Origin: Candidatus Latescibacterota bacterium
Lineage (GTDB): Bacteria > Latescibacterota > UBA2968 > GCA-2709665
Direction: 5' to 3'
DNA: 64,000 nt
Assembly (NCBI GenBank): GCA_965248435.1
Contig: OZ252100.1
Location: 5,088,001-5,152,000 of the forward strand
Part shown: positions 49,865-59,270 of the stretch, piece by piece
Numbering within the stretch: position 1 is the first letter of the stretch
How the letters are laid out: each line of letters opens with the position of its first letter
Notes under the pieces: generated by a model
The model's database searches: none
The model's input: the letters and a program-made list of their open reading frames with translations, nothing else
Told to the model about the DNA's origin: nothing
Translations under genes and position numbers: made by a program

Positions 49865-51073
49865 CTACCTCTCCTCGGTTTTTTCTCTGTAGATTTTCCC
49901 GGCGTTCGCAGCGACCTCATCATCCAGGACAAGGCCGGACAGGATCTCAAAGCGCACCTCCGACCTCAGGCCAAATTGAATCTCCTCCTCGATAAATCCC
50001 TTGGCCTCTTTTCGGTAGACGATCGAACGGCCGCGTGTGCCTTTTTTGTCGCTTTTTCTCGCCTCCACGCCGAAGTCCTCGTACACTGCCTCGATGGGCA
50101 GATAGAGTGTTGAGTCGCGCTCCGCCAAGATGATGTCGATGTCGCAGGACATGCCCTGCCGGAAACGGGGCTCGCGGTCCAGGATGCGGATCTCGGTGTG
50201 GAAGGTGATGATGTTGGTGCCCTGCAGGATCTCACCGACGGGTACAATCCTGTGGACCTCTCCTGTGTAGCTCGTGTCGGGATAGGCGCCTACGATGATC
50301 TTGACCCGCTGCCCGGGCTTCAATCTGCCCACATCGACTTCGCTGATGTCTGCTTTGACTGTCATCTGGCTCGGGTCCCCGATCTCGAATATCTTTTTAC
50401 CCGTTACCGTAGAGAGGGTGCCTGATACGACGACCTCACCGACTTCGACAGGACGACTAATCACGATTCCAGGAACGGGTGAGGGCAGGCGGACGTAATC
50501 CAGCTTCTGATCTTTCTTTGCCGGAGGAGCACCGTTCGTGTGCCGAATATTCGTTCGGGTCTCGATTATTTCTAGTTCAAGCTTCGCAAGTCTGTAGGCG
50601 TTTTGTGACTTTTGGAACTCATCCCGTACGCTTTCGACTTCTTCCTTCGAAATTAACCGGCGTCCAAGCAGCCGTTCCTTTCGGACTAGCCTCTTCTGGT
50701 TCTGCTCCAGGTCGATTCGCACCTGATCAACGGCGGCACGTTTGTTGTAGAGCTGTAGCGTCTGGTTGGGATCGGGTTCGATGATGGCGAGGATATCTCC
50801 ATCCTCTACCACATCGCCAGCTTCCGCGAGGAGCTGGACGATTTCACCGGATACGGTCGATTTGACCTCCACGGTTCGCACGAACTCGATCCGTCCGGTC
50901 TCTTTTAGCTGTTCGATGACCACGCCTCGTTTAACTCTGGTCGTCGCCACGTCTTCTACTGGATCCTTTCTTCTTTCCTCCCGGGTCAGGTTGAGGGTAA
51001 CGATACCCGAGACCAGAACGACGCCAAGGAGACCGAAGAGGAGCTTGCGCTTTCGGGACCACGTTTTCGCCAT
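49865..51073 (-). CDS. Periplasmic adaptor (MFP/MacA-like)
   Basis: N-terminal TM, lipoyl halves (VKSTVSGEI, SPVPGIV), coiled coil and ISEVDV. Confidence 0.92.
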   Translation of the reverse strand: MAKTWSRKRKLLFGLLGVVLVSGIVTLNLTREERRKDPVEDVATTRVKRGVVIEQLKETGRIEFVRTVEVKSTVSGEIVQLLAEAGDVVEDGDILAIIEPDPNQTLQLYNKRAAVDQVRIDLEQNQKRLVRKERLLGRRLISKEEVESVRDEFQKSQNAYRLAKLELEIIETRTNIRHTNGAPPAKKDQKLDYVRLPSPVPGIVISRPVEVGEVVVSGTLSTVTGKKIFEIGDPSQMTVKADISEVDVGRLKPGQRVKIIVGAYPDTSYTGEVHRIVPVGEILQGTNIITFHTEIRILDREPRFRQGMSCDIDIILAERDSTLYLPIEAVYEDFGVEARKSDKKGTRGRSIVYRKEAKGFIEEEIQFGLRSEVRFEILSGLVLDDEVAANAGKIYREKTEER

Positions 51074-51114
51074 CCATTTGCCTTTACGCCGAGGTGAGAT
51101 CGAAGGGTTGTTGT

Positions 51115-51867
51115 TCAGTTCCCCAATCTACCCATCATGCCACCGAGCAGATTCTGGGCGGCGGCAGAAACCAGGAGGTAGATGACCCACAGACCGAAAA
51201 CGAAGTATGCCGCGTGTCTAGTCTCAACACCCGAGGTTATTCCGAGGCCGACAGAGACGAGTGCGAACTGCCAGATCGAAAACACGTTAACCAATGAAAG
51301 GAAGGTGAACAGAAAGCTGCCATGCATCGACTCAGGCAGGAGTAGGCCGGGGCCAAGTTGGACCACTATCGACTTTCTGGCCAATACGAGCGGTACGGTG
51401 ATGATGGCGGCGGGAATGCCCACAAGAGCGCCATAGCTGACAACAGCGAGGGTCTTCTTGTATGTGCCTCGACCGCCGAGCAGGAAGTTGGTAAGCACTA
51501 GAAAGATGCCCGCCTGAATAAAGAGGTTCGCAGCCGAGCCGATTGGAGCGCCAACAAGAGCAGTAATGCCCCCGGCATTCGTCACGCCTTCCAGAACTTG
51601 TGCCCGCTGTTCTTCCGAGAGGTCAGGGTTCTCTTGAAGCTGTTTGCTCATGGCCTCCAGCCCCTCGGTTTGGACAACTGGCATGATCAGGTAGGCAGAC
51701 AGTGCACCTGCAATGGTGACCAGTATCAGCGGGACCAGCCAGTCCTTAAGTCCGACGAACTCGTTGAGCGAACCGAAAGTATTTGCAGGAGAGGTGAACA
51801 CGTTCATCCCCAGTTCAAAAACGCCCATCTGTTGACTGTTTCCTTGAGTTTCTCTCGATTCTTCCAT
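51115..51867 (-). CDS. Yip1-family membrane protein
   Basis: FTSP..TF, five TMs, GTYKKTLAV..Y and NVFSIW. Confidence 0.82.
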   Translation of the reverse strand: MEESRETQGNSQQMGVFELGMNVFTSPANTFGSLNEFVGLKDWLVPLILVTIAGALSAYLIMPVVQTEGLEAMSKQLQENPDLSEEQRAQVLEGVTNAGGITALVGAPIGSAANLFIQAGIFLVLTNFLLGGRGTYKKTLAVVSYGALVGIPAAIITVPLVLARKSIVVQLGPGLLLPESMHGSFLFTFLSLVNVFSIWQFALVSVGLGITSGVETRHAAYFVFGLWVIYLLVSAAAQNLLGGMMGRLGN

Positions 51868-52340
51868 GCCATATCCCCTTGTGTGTGACGACGATCCTTC
51901 GTGGCGCTAGCAGTCTCTATCAAGCAATTGACGTACCCCTCGGCTTGCTAGGCGGTCCGTGTGCTTACCGATACGGGTGACACGGTTGTGAGAGGGATGA
52001 AACTCACCGGCGAGGAGAGCGCCTGTCATAAAAGGGATGCGGTATGGATCTTTCACTCTTACAGATTCAAACGAAAGGCTTTTTCACCTTCAAGTGAGCG
52101 GCAGGTTGCATTACACGACGTGCCGGGGTGTCTATCAAGGGGAACGAGTGCACTTCTTTTCAACAGTTAATTAGACTTCTGGGGAACAAATACAGACCAC
52201 AGAAGGAGGTTCAAGAGCCGGCGGTACGGTGATTGCAGGAATAGTTCTCGAGTTATCTGCAGTGGAAGTGAAGAGGGTGACGCATTCGAGGAGGTGATCG
52301 TGTAGGTAGCACGGTCAATAAGGCGTGGGGAGATGCAGTT

Positions 52341-52955
52341 GTGGACTACGAAGATGACTATCTGATTCTAAACTTGACCCCCTATTTCAATAGTGATGGA
52401 ATTTCTTCCGATGAAGACCGTGCCGACGGATTCTTTACGGCTAACGGATATACCTATGCGGAAGAAGATTTGCCAGCGTCGAATTCGATCCTGGAATGCG
52501 ATGACGTTGTGTTCCGATTTCCTGACAAAAGCGCAGGCCGAGATAATAACATCTCCTTAGAGGGCCAGAAAATTCCGGTTCCTGAGGATCTGTACGACAC
52601 GGTCTACTTCCTTGGCGCGGCTGAAGAGATCAGTTTACGAGAAAACATTCAGTTCGTTTTTTCAGACGGTGGGCGGGAGGAGGCTTTGTTAGGACTAAGC
52701 GGGTGGGGGCTGGGGCGCGAACTCGAATACGGAGAGCGCGCGGCGATTCAATGCGAGGGATACCATATCGTGCGCCCCGTGTCCTACCATCGCTATACGG
52801 ACACCCTCGGTCTTGATCACGGTATTTGGATGCAGAGCGTGTCCATCTCAGACAGACCGTTGGTTGGGATTGAGCTTCCGGATCTTCCGCCGATGCACAT
52901 TTTTGCAATGACACTTCACCGTACAGAGATCGGAAAGTTCCAGAGGAAACAGTGA
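52341..52955 (+). CDS. Hypothetical beta-sandwich-like protein
   Basis: 204 aa acidic protein (LTPYFNSDGIS...FRFP...DNNI.LEGQ.I...YFLGA...HIFAMTL); stop overlaps the next start. Confidence 0.7.
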   Translation: MDYEDDYLILNLTPYFNSDGISSDEDRADGFFTANGYTYAEEDLPASNSILECDDVVFRFPDKSAGRDNNISLEGQKIPVPEDLYDTVYFLGAAEEISLRENIQFVFSDGGREEALLGLSGWGLGRELEYGERAAIQCEGYHIVRPVSYHRYTDTLGLDHGIWMQSVSISDRPLVGIELPDLPPMHIFAMTLHRTEIGKFQRKQ

Positions 52956-53956
52956 AGCGGCTAATTTCAGGTATACCGTTCTGCAATTATCATTATTACA
53001 ACTGCGAACATAGAACATTCGATGTGCTCGTCAGATTTTATGGTTACGAAACGCCGCTCATCCTTCACGCGAATTGGTACTTTTCGTTCCGCAGGCGGGG
53101 CGATGAGAATTTTCAGCTCAGTTCCGGATCGCAGGCCCTCTTTCAAAGTTTGGCAAGATGCGGTATTCAGGTTGTCGTGCATCAGGAGCCCACGATCCAA
53201 GCTGCCTGGGAGCGTGTGGTTTCACAGATTCTGGAAGGACATCCCGTTCCAATCCTGGCAGACCAGAGGCATCTCGAGGACTACTATTTGGTCCGTCAGG
53301 GAGTAGACGGAGGGCACTACGTGATCCTGGACGGTTTTGATGAGGAAAGGAAGACGGTGCACGTCATCGATCCTTCACCCGGGAGAAAGTTTCGAGGAGA
53401 GTTGCCATTTTCCGGTTTCTTCGCAGAGAACGGCAGGATCGATGATGACCGGCCTGGACCTAACTGGTATGAGCTCCGTCTCTCAGAGCCGCGTTGGGCT
53501 CTTTCTGTTGAAGAGGCCGTTAAAACCCTGAGGCAAAACGTTCGTCAAATGCTGCGAGGGAGTGCTTATCTGTCCGATACACTTGTCGGGCTGCAAGGAC
53601 TGCAGATGCTGGCGGAGCAGACGATAGAATGGAGAGATCTAGAGAGCGACGAGGCGCGGTTGCGGCTGAAACACCTGTCAAAATCTCTTAATAATGTCCT
53701 TATGGAACGGGAAGGGCACAGTGATTATCTCAAGCTGGTGGCCCAAGAGATGGATCACCCCGAAGTTGGTATCGTCAGTGAGCAGCTTCGCCACATTGTG
53801 CAAAAGTGGTACGTGTTACGAAATGTCTGTTTAAAGGGCCAGATCAAGGGTCTAGAACAAACGGTCGAGAAACTTTCTGATCGGTTGCGGGAAATCTCAT
53901 GCCTTGAGGAACAGGCGCTGAATCAGTTGAATGGAGTGGTCGGACACTCACGGTAA
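52952..53956 (+). CDS. BtrH N-terminal/DUF4872-like papain-fold (C39-like) protein
   Basis: N-terminal NC, G.PV.I..D, HYVILDGFD and VIDP (putative Cys-His-Asp); helical C-terminus with GLQGL. Confidence 0.72.
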   Translation: MKRLISGIPFCNYHYYNCEHRTFDVLVRFYGYETPLILHANWYFSFRRRGDENFQLSSGSQALFQSLARCGIQVVVHQEPTIQAAWERVVSQILEGHPVPILADQRHLEDYYLVRQGVDGGHYVILDGFDEERKTVHVIDPSPGRKFRGELPFSGFFAENGRIDDDRPGPNWYELRLSEPRWALSVEEAVKTLRQNVRQMLRGSAYLSDTLVGLQGLQMLAEQTIEWRDLESDEARLRLKHLSKSLNNVLMEREGHSDYLKLVAQEMDHPEVGIVSEQLRHIVQKWYVLRNVCLKGQIKGLEQTVEKLSDRLREISCLEEQALNQLNGVVGHSR

Positions 53957-54125
53957 GTTTCCCCGCATTTTGAGACAGCTATAGTACTTGGGTACACGAT
54001 CTTTAGAATGTTTCGTGGGAACAAAGCATGCTTTCAACGGCAGGTTCACTGGATGTTTAAAACCCCCAGATCTGCCCGAAAGCCATAAGCGTATGATGGT
54101 ATGATCAAGAAAGGAGGTGATCAAT

Positions 54126-54350
54126 ATGCCGAAGATGAAACCGAAGCTCATCAAACCCCGGAGACGTGATTGCTCAAATGCGGTAGATGCGTATCTGAGC
54201 GAGTCTCAGCAGTGTATGTTAGGTGCCGCAGCATTGGGCACAGCTACGGCTTTAATGGTAGTTATGACTGGAGGGGCCGGCCTTGCCGTTTTCCTTGCTG
54301 CAAATGCGATAGGCGGCCTTGCGCAGGTATCCTATGTTGTTGCCTGCTAG
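54126..54350 (+). CDS. Putative bacteriocin/RiPP precursor peptide (74 aa)
   Basis: AAGGAGGTGA RBS; basic N-terminus, then an uncharged Gly/Ala-rich segment from Cys30 to the terminal Cys74. Confidence 0.7.
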   Translation: MPKMKPKLIKPRRRDCSNAVDAYLSESQQCMLGAAALGTATALMVVMTGGAGLAVFLAANAIGGLAQVSYVVAC

Positions 54351-54582
54351 GATTCCAGAAATCGGTTGCGAATAGCTTTTCGGTTGTAGATCTGGGGGGA
54401 TTAACTTGCGTTTCTCGGAAATTCGTGACATGTATGGAAAGGCTCGTCCAAAAAAAATAGAGAATGGGCCCGATCGGCTTCGAAGAAGTAAGAAGTGCGA
54501 CATCGGAATGAATGTTCGTCCCAAGGAGCCTTCTTATCGCTTGTCAACAGTCATCCAGAACTGACGATGGAAGCGTCGTACG

Positions 54583-55368
54583 ATGAGATCAACACATCAG
54601 TTTCATTCGCAAAGCGCCAGAACTGCGTTACTCAGCAGTAAGAAGATCTGCATTCTTCTCAAGACGAACTTCCTCCTGGGTAAACGACTTACAGAGTCTA
54701 CTTATGTAACAATCCTACTGTATGCTTTGTTTGGATTCTGCACAGCTATTCTAGGAATGCTCTCTCTAATTGCAAAGCCTTGTTTCTTACACGCCACAGT
54801 TTTTTATATAACCTTGCTTGCTCTGGTGCAGGTACTTGCATTGAGTATTTACCAGTCACGATCGGGTATTTACCTAAGTAGATATAAATTGGGGATCTAT
54901 CCTGTATCTAATCACGCTGTCCTATGGTTTTTGTGGCTCAATGAATTTATCGATCTTAAGCTCATAACACTTCTGTTTCCAATATCCACATGTCTGGCGT
55001 TTCTCATCTATCTTCATCGATTAGGGGCAATTTATTATGCAATTCTCATCGCTATTGTTTACGCCACCTTCTGTTTGTTTCTTTTAATCGTAAGATTGAT
55101 TACTGCGGAATTTGAATGGACGCGAACCCCTGTTTCAATTGGAAGTATCGCTCTCTTTCTGGCAATGGCAGTATATTCTAGTCCAGAGAGAAATCGCCAT
55201 CTAATCCACATTGAAAATTCTTTGAGTGGGCAGACTTTCTTCATCAGTATTTTCGGCGTATTTATTCTAGCCTGGCTATTTCTATATGCATGTGCCTACT
55301 ATCTGATTTCTGCTGAACATTTCAAGGAAATGCAAGCACAAGAAACCTACCACGAAGTGTTCGAATGA
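54583..55368 (+). CDS. Polytopic membrane protein (putative ABC permease/immunity)
   Basis: About 6 TMs, AT-rich; coupled to the next gene. Confidence 0.65.
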   Translation: MRSTHQFHSQSARTALLSSKKICILLKTNFLLGKRLTESTYVTILLYALFGFCTAILGMLSLIAKPCFLHATVFYITLLALVQVLALSIYQSRSGIYLSRYKLGIYPVSNHAVLWFLWLNEFIDLKLITLLFPISTCLAFLIYLHRLGAIYYAILIAIVYATFCLFLLIVRLITAEFEWTRTPVSIGSIALFLAMAVYSSPERNRHLIHIENSLSGQTFFISIFGVFILAWLFLYACAYYLISAEHFKEMQAQETYHEVFE

Positions 55369-56090
55369 GTGCCTGTATGACAAGCCCACGAACAGCGAAT
55401 ATAAACATTCCGTATCTCTTGCGTCTTTTAAGCTCAAACTTGCGTTTGACCTGTCGATATTCGGGAATGAGATTTCCTTTACTTTGGATTTCAGCATATT
55501 GCATTCCTTACCTGGCATATGAAACAACGGGCGTCCCAAACCCTGCGTTTAATTTTATTGCCTTGATCGCTTTAATGTTTTCATGCGAACCGTTTCTTGT
55601 GGATGCCTTAAACGGCGAGGTAAACACGCTTGTTCGATACATTGCCAGCGGCGTGGATCTGGTTTATGTCATCCTTATGAACAATACCATCTCGATCTGT
55701 ATTCTTTGCACCTCCTTTTTGCTCCTCGCCTTGGAGATAGAAATCATCAGCGTGCACTCCGGGAATCCTGAAATTTCCGAGACGACACGGTTTATGGGTA
55801 TGTACCTTTTTGCTGCCATCTTTCCTCTGCTGGTCCTTGGAAACTACGCATCGGTTCTTAGACATTCTCTGGGCATTCGGAGAAACGGAACGCTTTTGCG
55901 TCGAGTAGTATTGAGCACAATTCTAATCAGTTTGGCATCGATTCCCTTTGTGATTTGTGAACTCTTCTTTGACACAGTTTTTGTTACCCTGACTGTGATT
56001 TGTTTGAGTATCGGAACGTGGTATATCGTCAGCATTAGGCACGTAGCCCTTATCGCCCGACAACAGATATTCGATTTGATGGAGCTCTGA
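55365..56090 (+). CDS. Polytopic membrane protein (putative ABC permease)
   Basis: About 6 TMs; abuts the ABC ATPase. Confidence 0.65.
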   Translation: MSACMTSPRTANINIPYLLRLLSSNLRLTCRYSGMRFPLLWISAYCIPYLAYETTGVPNPAFNFIALIALMFSCEPFLVDALNGEVNTLVRYIASGVDLVYVILMNNTISICILCTSFLLLALEIEIISVHSGNPEISETTRFMGMYLFAAIFPLLVLGNYASVLRHSLGIRRNGTLLRRVVLSTILISLASIPFVICELFFDTVFVTLTVICLSIGTWYIVSIRHVALIARQQIFDLMEL

Positions 56091-56879
56091 ATGGCAACAA
56101 ATGCGCTACAGGTAGAGAAATTGAGTAAGCATTATCGCAAGGGTGCCGTCAAGGCGCTGGATCTGCTTTCACTGGATGTCAAGAGAGGACGGATGTTCGG
56201 GGTGGTTGGGCAGAATGGTGCTGGCAAGACAACACTAATTTATATCATCGCAGGCCTTATCCGTCAGACAAAGGGCAGGTTTTTTATTTTTGATGAGGAG
56301 GTCGAACAGACTGATTATCACTATCGCCGCCGCATCGGTTTCGTGTTGGAGCGTCCGATGTATTTCAATAAGCTCACAGTTAAGGAGTATCTAGAGTTCG
56401 TTGCGGGGATGTACGACATTCCAAAGCAGGAAACGCGCCTAAAGATTGAAGAATTGATCGAATTTTTTGATCTACGCCAAATGGCGGATAGATACATCGA
56501 AACCTACTCAAAGGGAATGAAACAAAAGGTATCTCTCGCCGCTGCTATTATTCACGAACCTGATTTATTGATCCTGGATGAACCGTTTGACGGCATCGAC
56601 TTTGCGTCTTCTGAGGAGATCAAGAACCTTCTTTTACAGATGAATGCCAAGGGCATTACGAGTGTTATTACTTCCCACATTTTGGAGCTTGTCGAATCGC
56701 TATGTGATGAGTGCGCCATTATTCACGAAGGACGAGTGGTGTTTCAAAGCACGATGCAAGATCTTGAGGTGCAGCTCCGGAATACTTCCGATGGTACGCC
56801 GAAGTCTTCTCTGAGGGATATTTTTATGCAGATCACGGCGGCTGATCGGAAGCACAAGTCTCTTTCATGGTTGTCGTGA
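56091..56879 (+). CDS. ABC-2-type exporter ATP-binding protein
   Basis: GQNGAGKTT, YSKGMKQK, LDEPFDGID and TSH. Confidence 0.95.
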   Translation: MATNALQVEKLSKHYRKGAVKALDLLSLDVKRGRMFGVVGQNGAGKTTLIYIIAGLIRQTKGRFFIFDEEVEQTDYHYRRRIGFVLERPMYFNKLTVKEYLEFVAGMYDIPKQETRLKIEELIEFFDLRQMADRYIETYSKGMKQKVSLAAAIIHEPDLLILDEPFDGIDFASSEEIKNLLLQMNAKGITSVITSHILELVESLCDECAIIHEGRVVFQSTMQDLEVQLRNTSDGTPKSSLRDIFMQITAADRKHKSLSWLS

Positions 56880-56916
56880 GAATCCATTCGCTTGTTGGAA
56901 TGCCATAACCAATCTA

Positions 56917-58404
56917 TTGAAAATGACCATGTTAAAAGGGATAAAGAACTGCTTCCTCGGCGAATACACTAAGAGCCGTAATGCCTTTGAGCACATATGC
57001 CTTCCGGATGAAGGAAGGGAGTTTCTGAAGCCGTCCATAGAAATCTTTACCCAGGAGGTTTACGACGCCTGTGAGGGCCAAAGAGAGAGGGCAACCTGTG
57101 AATTTCAAATAGGAAATAGGGAATTTGAAGACTCCAAGTTTCGTAAGGCAGCGGCTTCGTACTCGGACTCCTTGGTGGCCCTAGAGAGTTTGTCCGGCTA
57201 TATATCTCGTGGCGTTTCTCTGGTGATGCTTTCGGAGCTTTGCGAAGCGGCCAGGATGTTTGAGAAAGGGTGGGATCTGGCACTTCAACAGCGCTCTCAT
57301 CGGTTTAAAGCAGCAATTGGAATCAACTTGGGCCAGGTTTATGTCGATTTGGGTAGGTTAGATTGTTCCCACAAAATCCTAAGGGACGTTGTTGAGGATT
57401 GTCGCGAGACCGGAGATCTTGATTTAAAAGCGATGGCGCTTGCTCATCTCGCCCTAATGATGTTTGTCAGGGGGTCATACGACGAGGGAATTGAGAGCTG
57501 CAACCTCGCGAGTGAGATTTGTCAAGGAGGAGAAGATGACGCTCGAGCCCTTTTTGCTAAGGGCGTCCTGTTTATGGCAAAAGGGGACCTTGAGGAGGCA
57601 CAAACTGTCTTGCAAGAAGGAACAAGATTGCTCAAGGACCTCAAGTATTCTTACACTGACGCCCGAATTCGGTTACAGCTGGCACATCTCCAGTTGCTTA
57701 AGGGAAAGGGGCAGGAGGCATTGGAGGTTTCTAAGGGCGCCCTTCACGGTTTTCAACGGATCCTAAGTCCACAAGGCGAAGCTCGAACCATAGGATTGAT
57801 TGCGATTATTCGTTCTTCCATGGGGGACACTGAACAAGGACGTCAGCTGTTCCGAAAGGCTCTGGCATTAGACCGCCAGACCGGATATCGACGTGGTGAG
57901 ATCAGACAGCTTCTCAATTGGAGCAAGATCAGCCTTCAACTAGGCGATATTGAAAATGCCTGTACCTTATCGCAGGAGGCTGAGAGGCTTGCTCTGATGA
58001 TCGGTCATACTATCGCGCTTCTGGAAGCTACGCCTTTGCGTGCATTGTCGTCAGGGAATATCTCGGAAATAGATAAGAATACCACTTTGAAAGAATGTTT
58101 GGAATTAAGCAGAACCACTTGTATCTCCGTCGGTGAAATCCAGATCCAGCAGTTTCTTAGTTCCGATTACCTGGGCTGTGGACAGCTGGATGAAGCGCTG
58201 GACTGTTGTCGAAAAGCAGTGGATTTGAGCCGAGATTTGGGAAATCGCGTCGAGCAAGCGAAGTCTCACGGCTTCCTGGCCCAGCTATTGGATCAGAAAG
58301 GGGAGCATCAGCTCGCGGCTGAGCAGGTAGGAATCGCCGAGGCAATGCTGCAAAGTATGGGCATTCCGATACAGCCGAGAGGTCAGGTCCCGTTTCCGAA
58401 CTGA
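56917..58404 (+). CDS. Tetratricopeptide-repeat protein
   Basis: Repeated NLG.VY..LG and A...F.KAL.L TPR patterns. Confidence 0.85.
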   Translation: MKMTMLKGIKNCFLGEYTKSRNAFEHICLPDEGREFLKPSIEIFTQEVYDACEGQRERATCEFQIGNREFEDSKFRKAAASYSDSLVALESLSGYISRGVSLVMLSELCEAARMFEKGWDLALQQRSHRFKAAIGINLGQVYVDLGRLDCSHKILRDVVEDCRETGDLDLKAMALAHLALMMFVRGSYDEGIESCNLASEICQGGEDDARALFAKGVLFMAKGDLEEAQTVLQEGTRLLKDLKYSYTDARIRLQLAHLQLLKGKGQEALEVSKGALHGFQRILSPQGEARTIGLIAIIRSSMGDTEQGRQLFRKALALDRQTGYRRGEIRQLLNWSKISLQLGDIENACTLSQEAERLALMIGHTIALLEATPLRALSSGNISEIDKNTTLKECLELSRTTCISVGEIQIQQFLSSDYLGCGQLDEALDCCRKAVDLSRDLGNRVEQAKSHGFLAQLLDQKGEHQLAAEQVGIAEAMLQSMGIPIQPRGQVPFPN

Positions 58405-58435
58405 ACCAGATCCCTCCGGAATACTATTCATCCAA

Positions 58436-58463
58436 CGAGATACGCTTCACGAGATACGAGATA
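58436..58463. repeat. CGAGATA heptamer repeat patch
   Basis: cgagatacgcttcacg is identical to 18446-18461. Confidence 0.75.
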
Positions 58464-58499
58464 TGATTTGGATAACGCGCAGAACTGCGGAAGGGCGGG

Positions 58500-58880
58500 C
58501 TAACTCACCTGTTCTGAATCGTTCTTCTCGAGCAGGCGCTCGATCCGTTGGGCGAGGGCATCCATCCGAACAGGTTTGGTCAGGTACTCATCGGCTCCGG
58601 ATTCGTAGAGCAGGTCGGCGATTCTGTAGTCGTTGAGGGCGGTGACGACGATCACCGGTGTGTCGGGTGCCACAGTCTTTATGCGGGGGAGGAGTTCCAG
58701 GCCGTTCACATCGGGCATCTTGATGTCCAGCAGGACGACGTCGGGACGGGTTCTCTGGATGGATGCGAGTCCCTTCTCCGCTTCAAAGGCCACACTGACT
58801 TTGTGTCCCTTTGCCTCGAGGAAGGTCTTTACGACGTCGCAGAAGTCGGGTTCGTCGTCGATAACGAGGATGTTGGGCAC
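58500..58880 (-). CDS. Single-domain response regulator
   Basis: ILVIDDE, LLDIKMP, VTA and KP. Confidence 0.93.
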   Translation of the reverse strand: MPNILVIDDEPDFCDVVKTFLEAKGHKVSVAFEAEKGLASIQRTRPDVVLLDIKMPDVNGLELLPRIKTVAPDTPVIVVTALNDYRIADLLYESGADEYLTKPVRMDALAQRIERLLEKNDSEQVS

Positions 58881-59270
58881 GTCTACTTGCCTTTCTGATG
58901 CGATTGAAGAGTCAACTGGTGGAGGGCCGCGGAGACAAGGAACTTTCCCCCGAATTCCTCAAGACCTGGCTCACCTGCCCGCCGCGGCCCGCGCTCCATC
59001 AGTTCAGCAACACCTGGCAGCTGCATACTGTAAACGCAAAGGTTATGCCACAGGAGCAGAGTCGAGGCGGGTTTACGCCAGGTGTCAGATTATCAATGTC
59101 TTAGTCCCATCGGGCAGGTCTCGACACGCGACTCCCTCCTGGATTTGTCCTCCCGGCATGTTATAGAATGTTATATTCTGACTGCCGTTTCATCCTGTTT
59201 GTGACCCGGGTGAAGGCCCGCGATCGCAGCCAAGAAACGACTTATCTGGATCTCTTAGAGGAAGTTTCCG

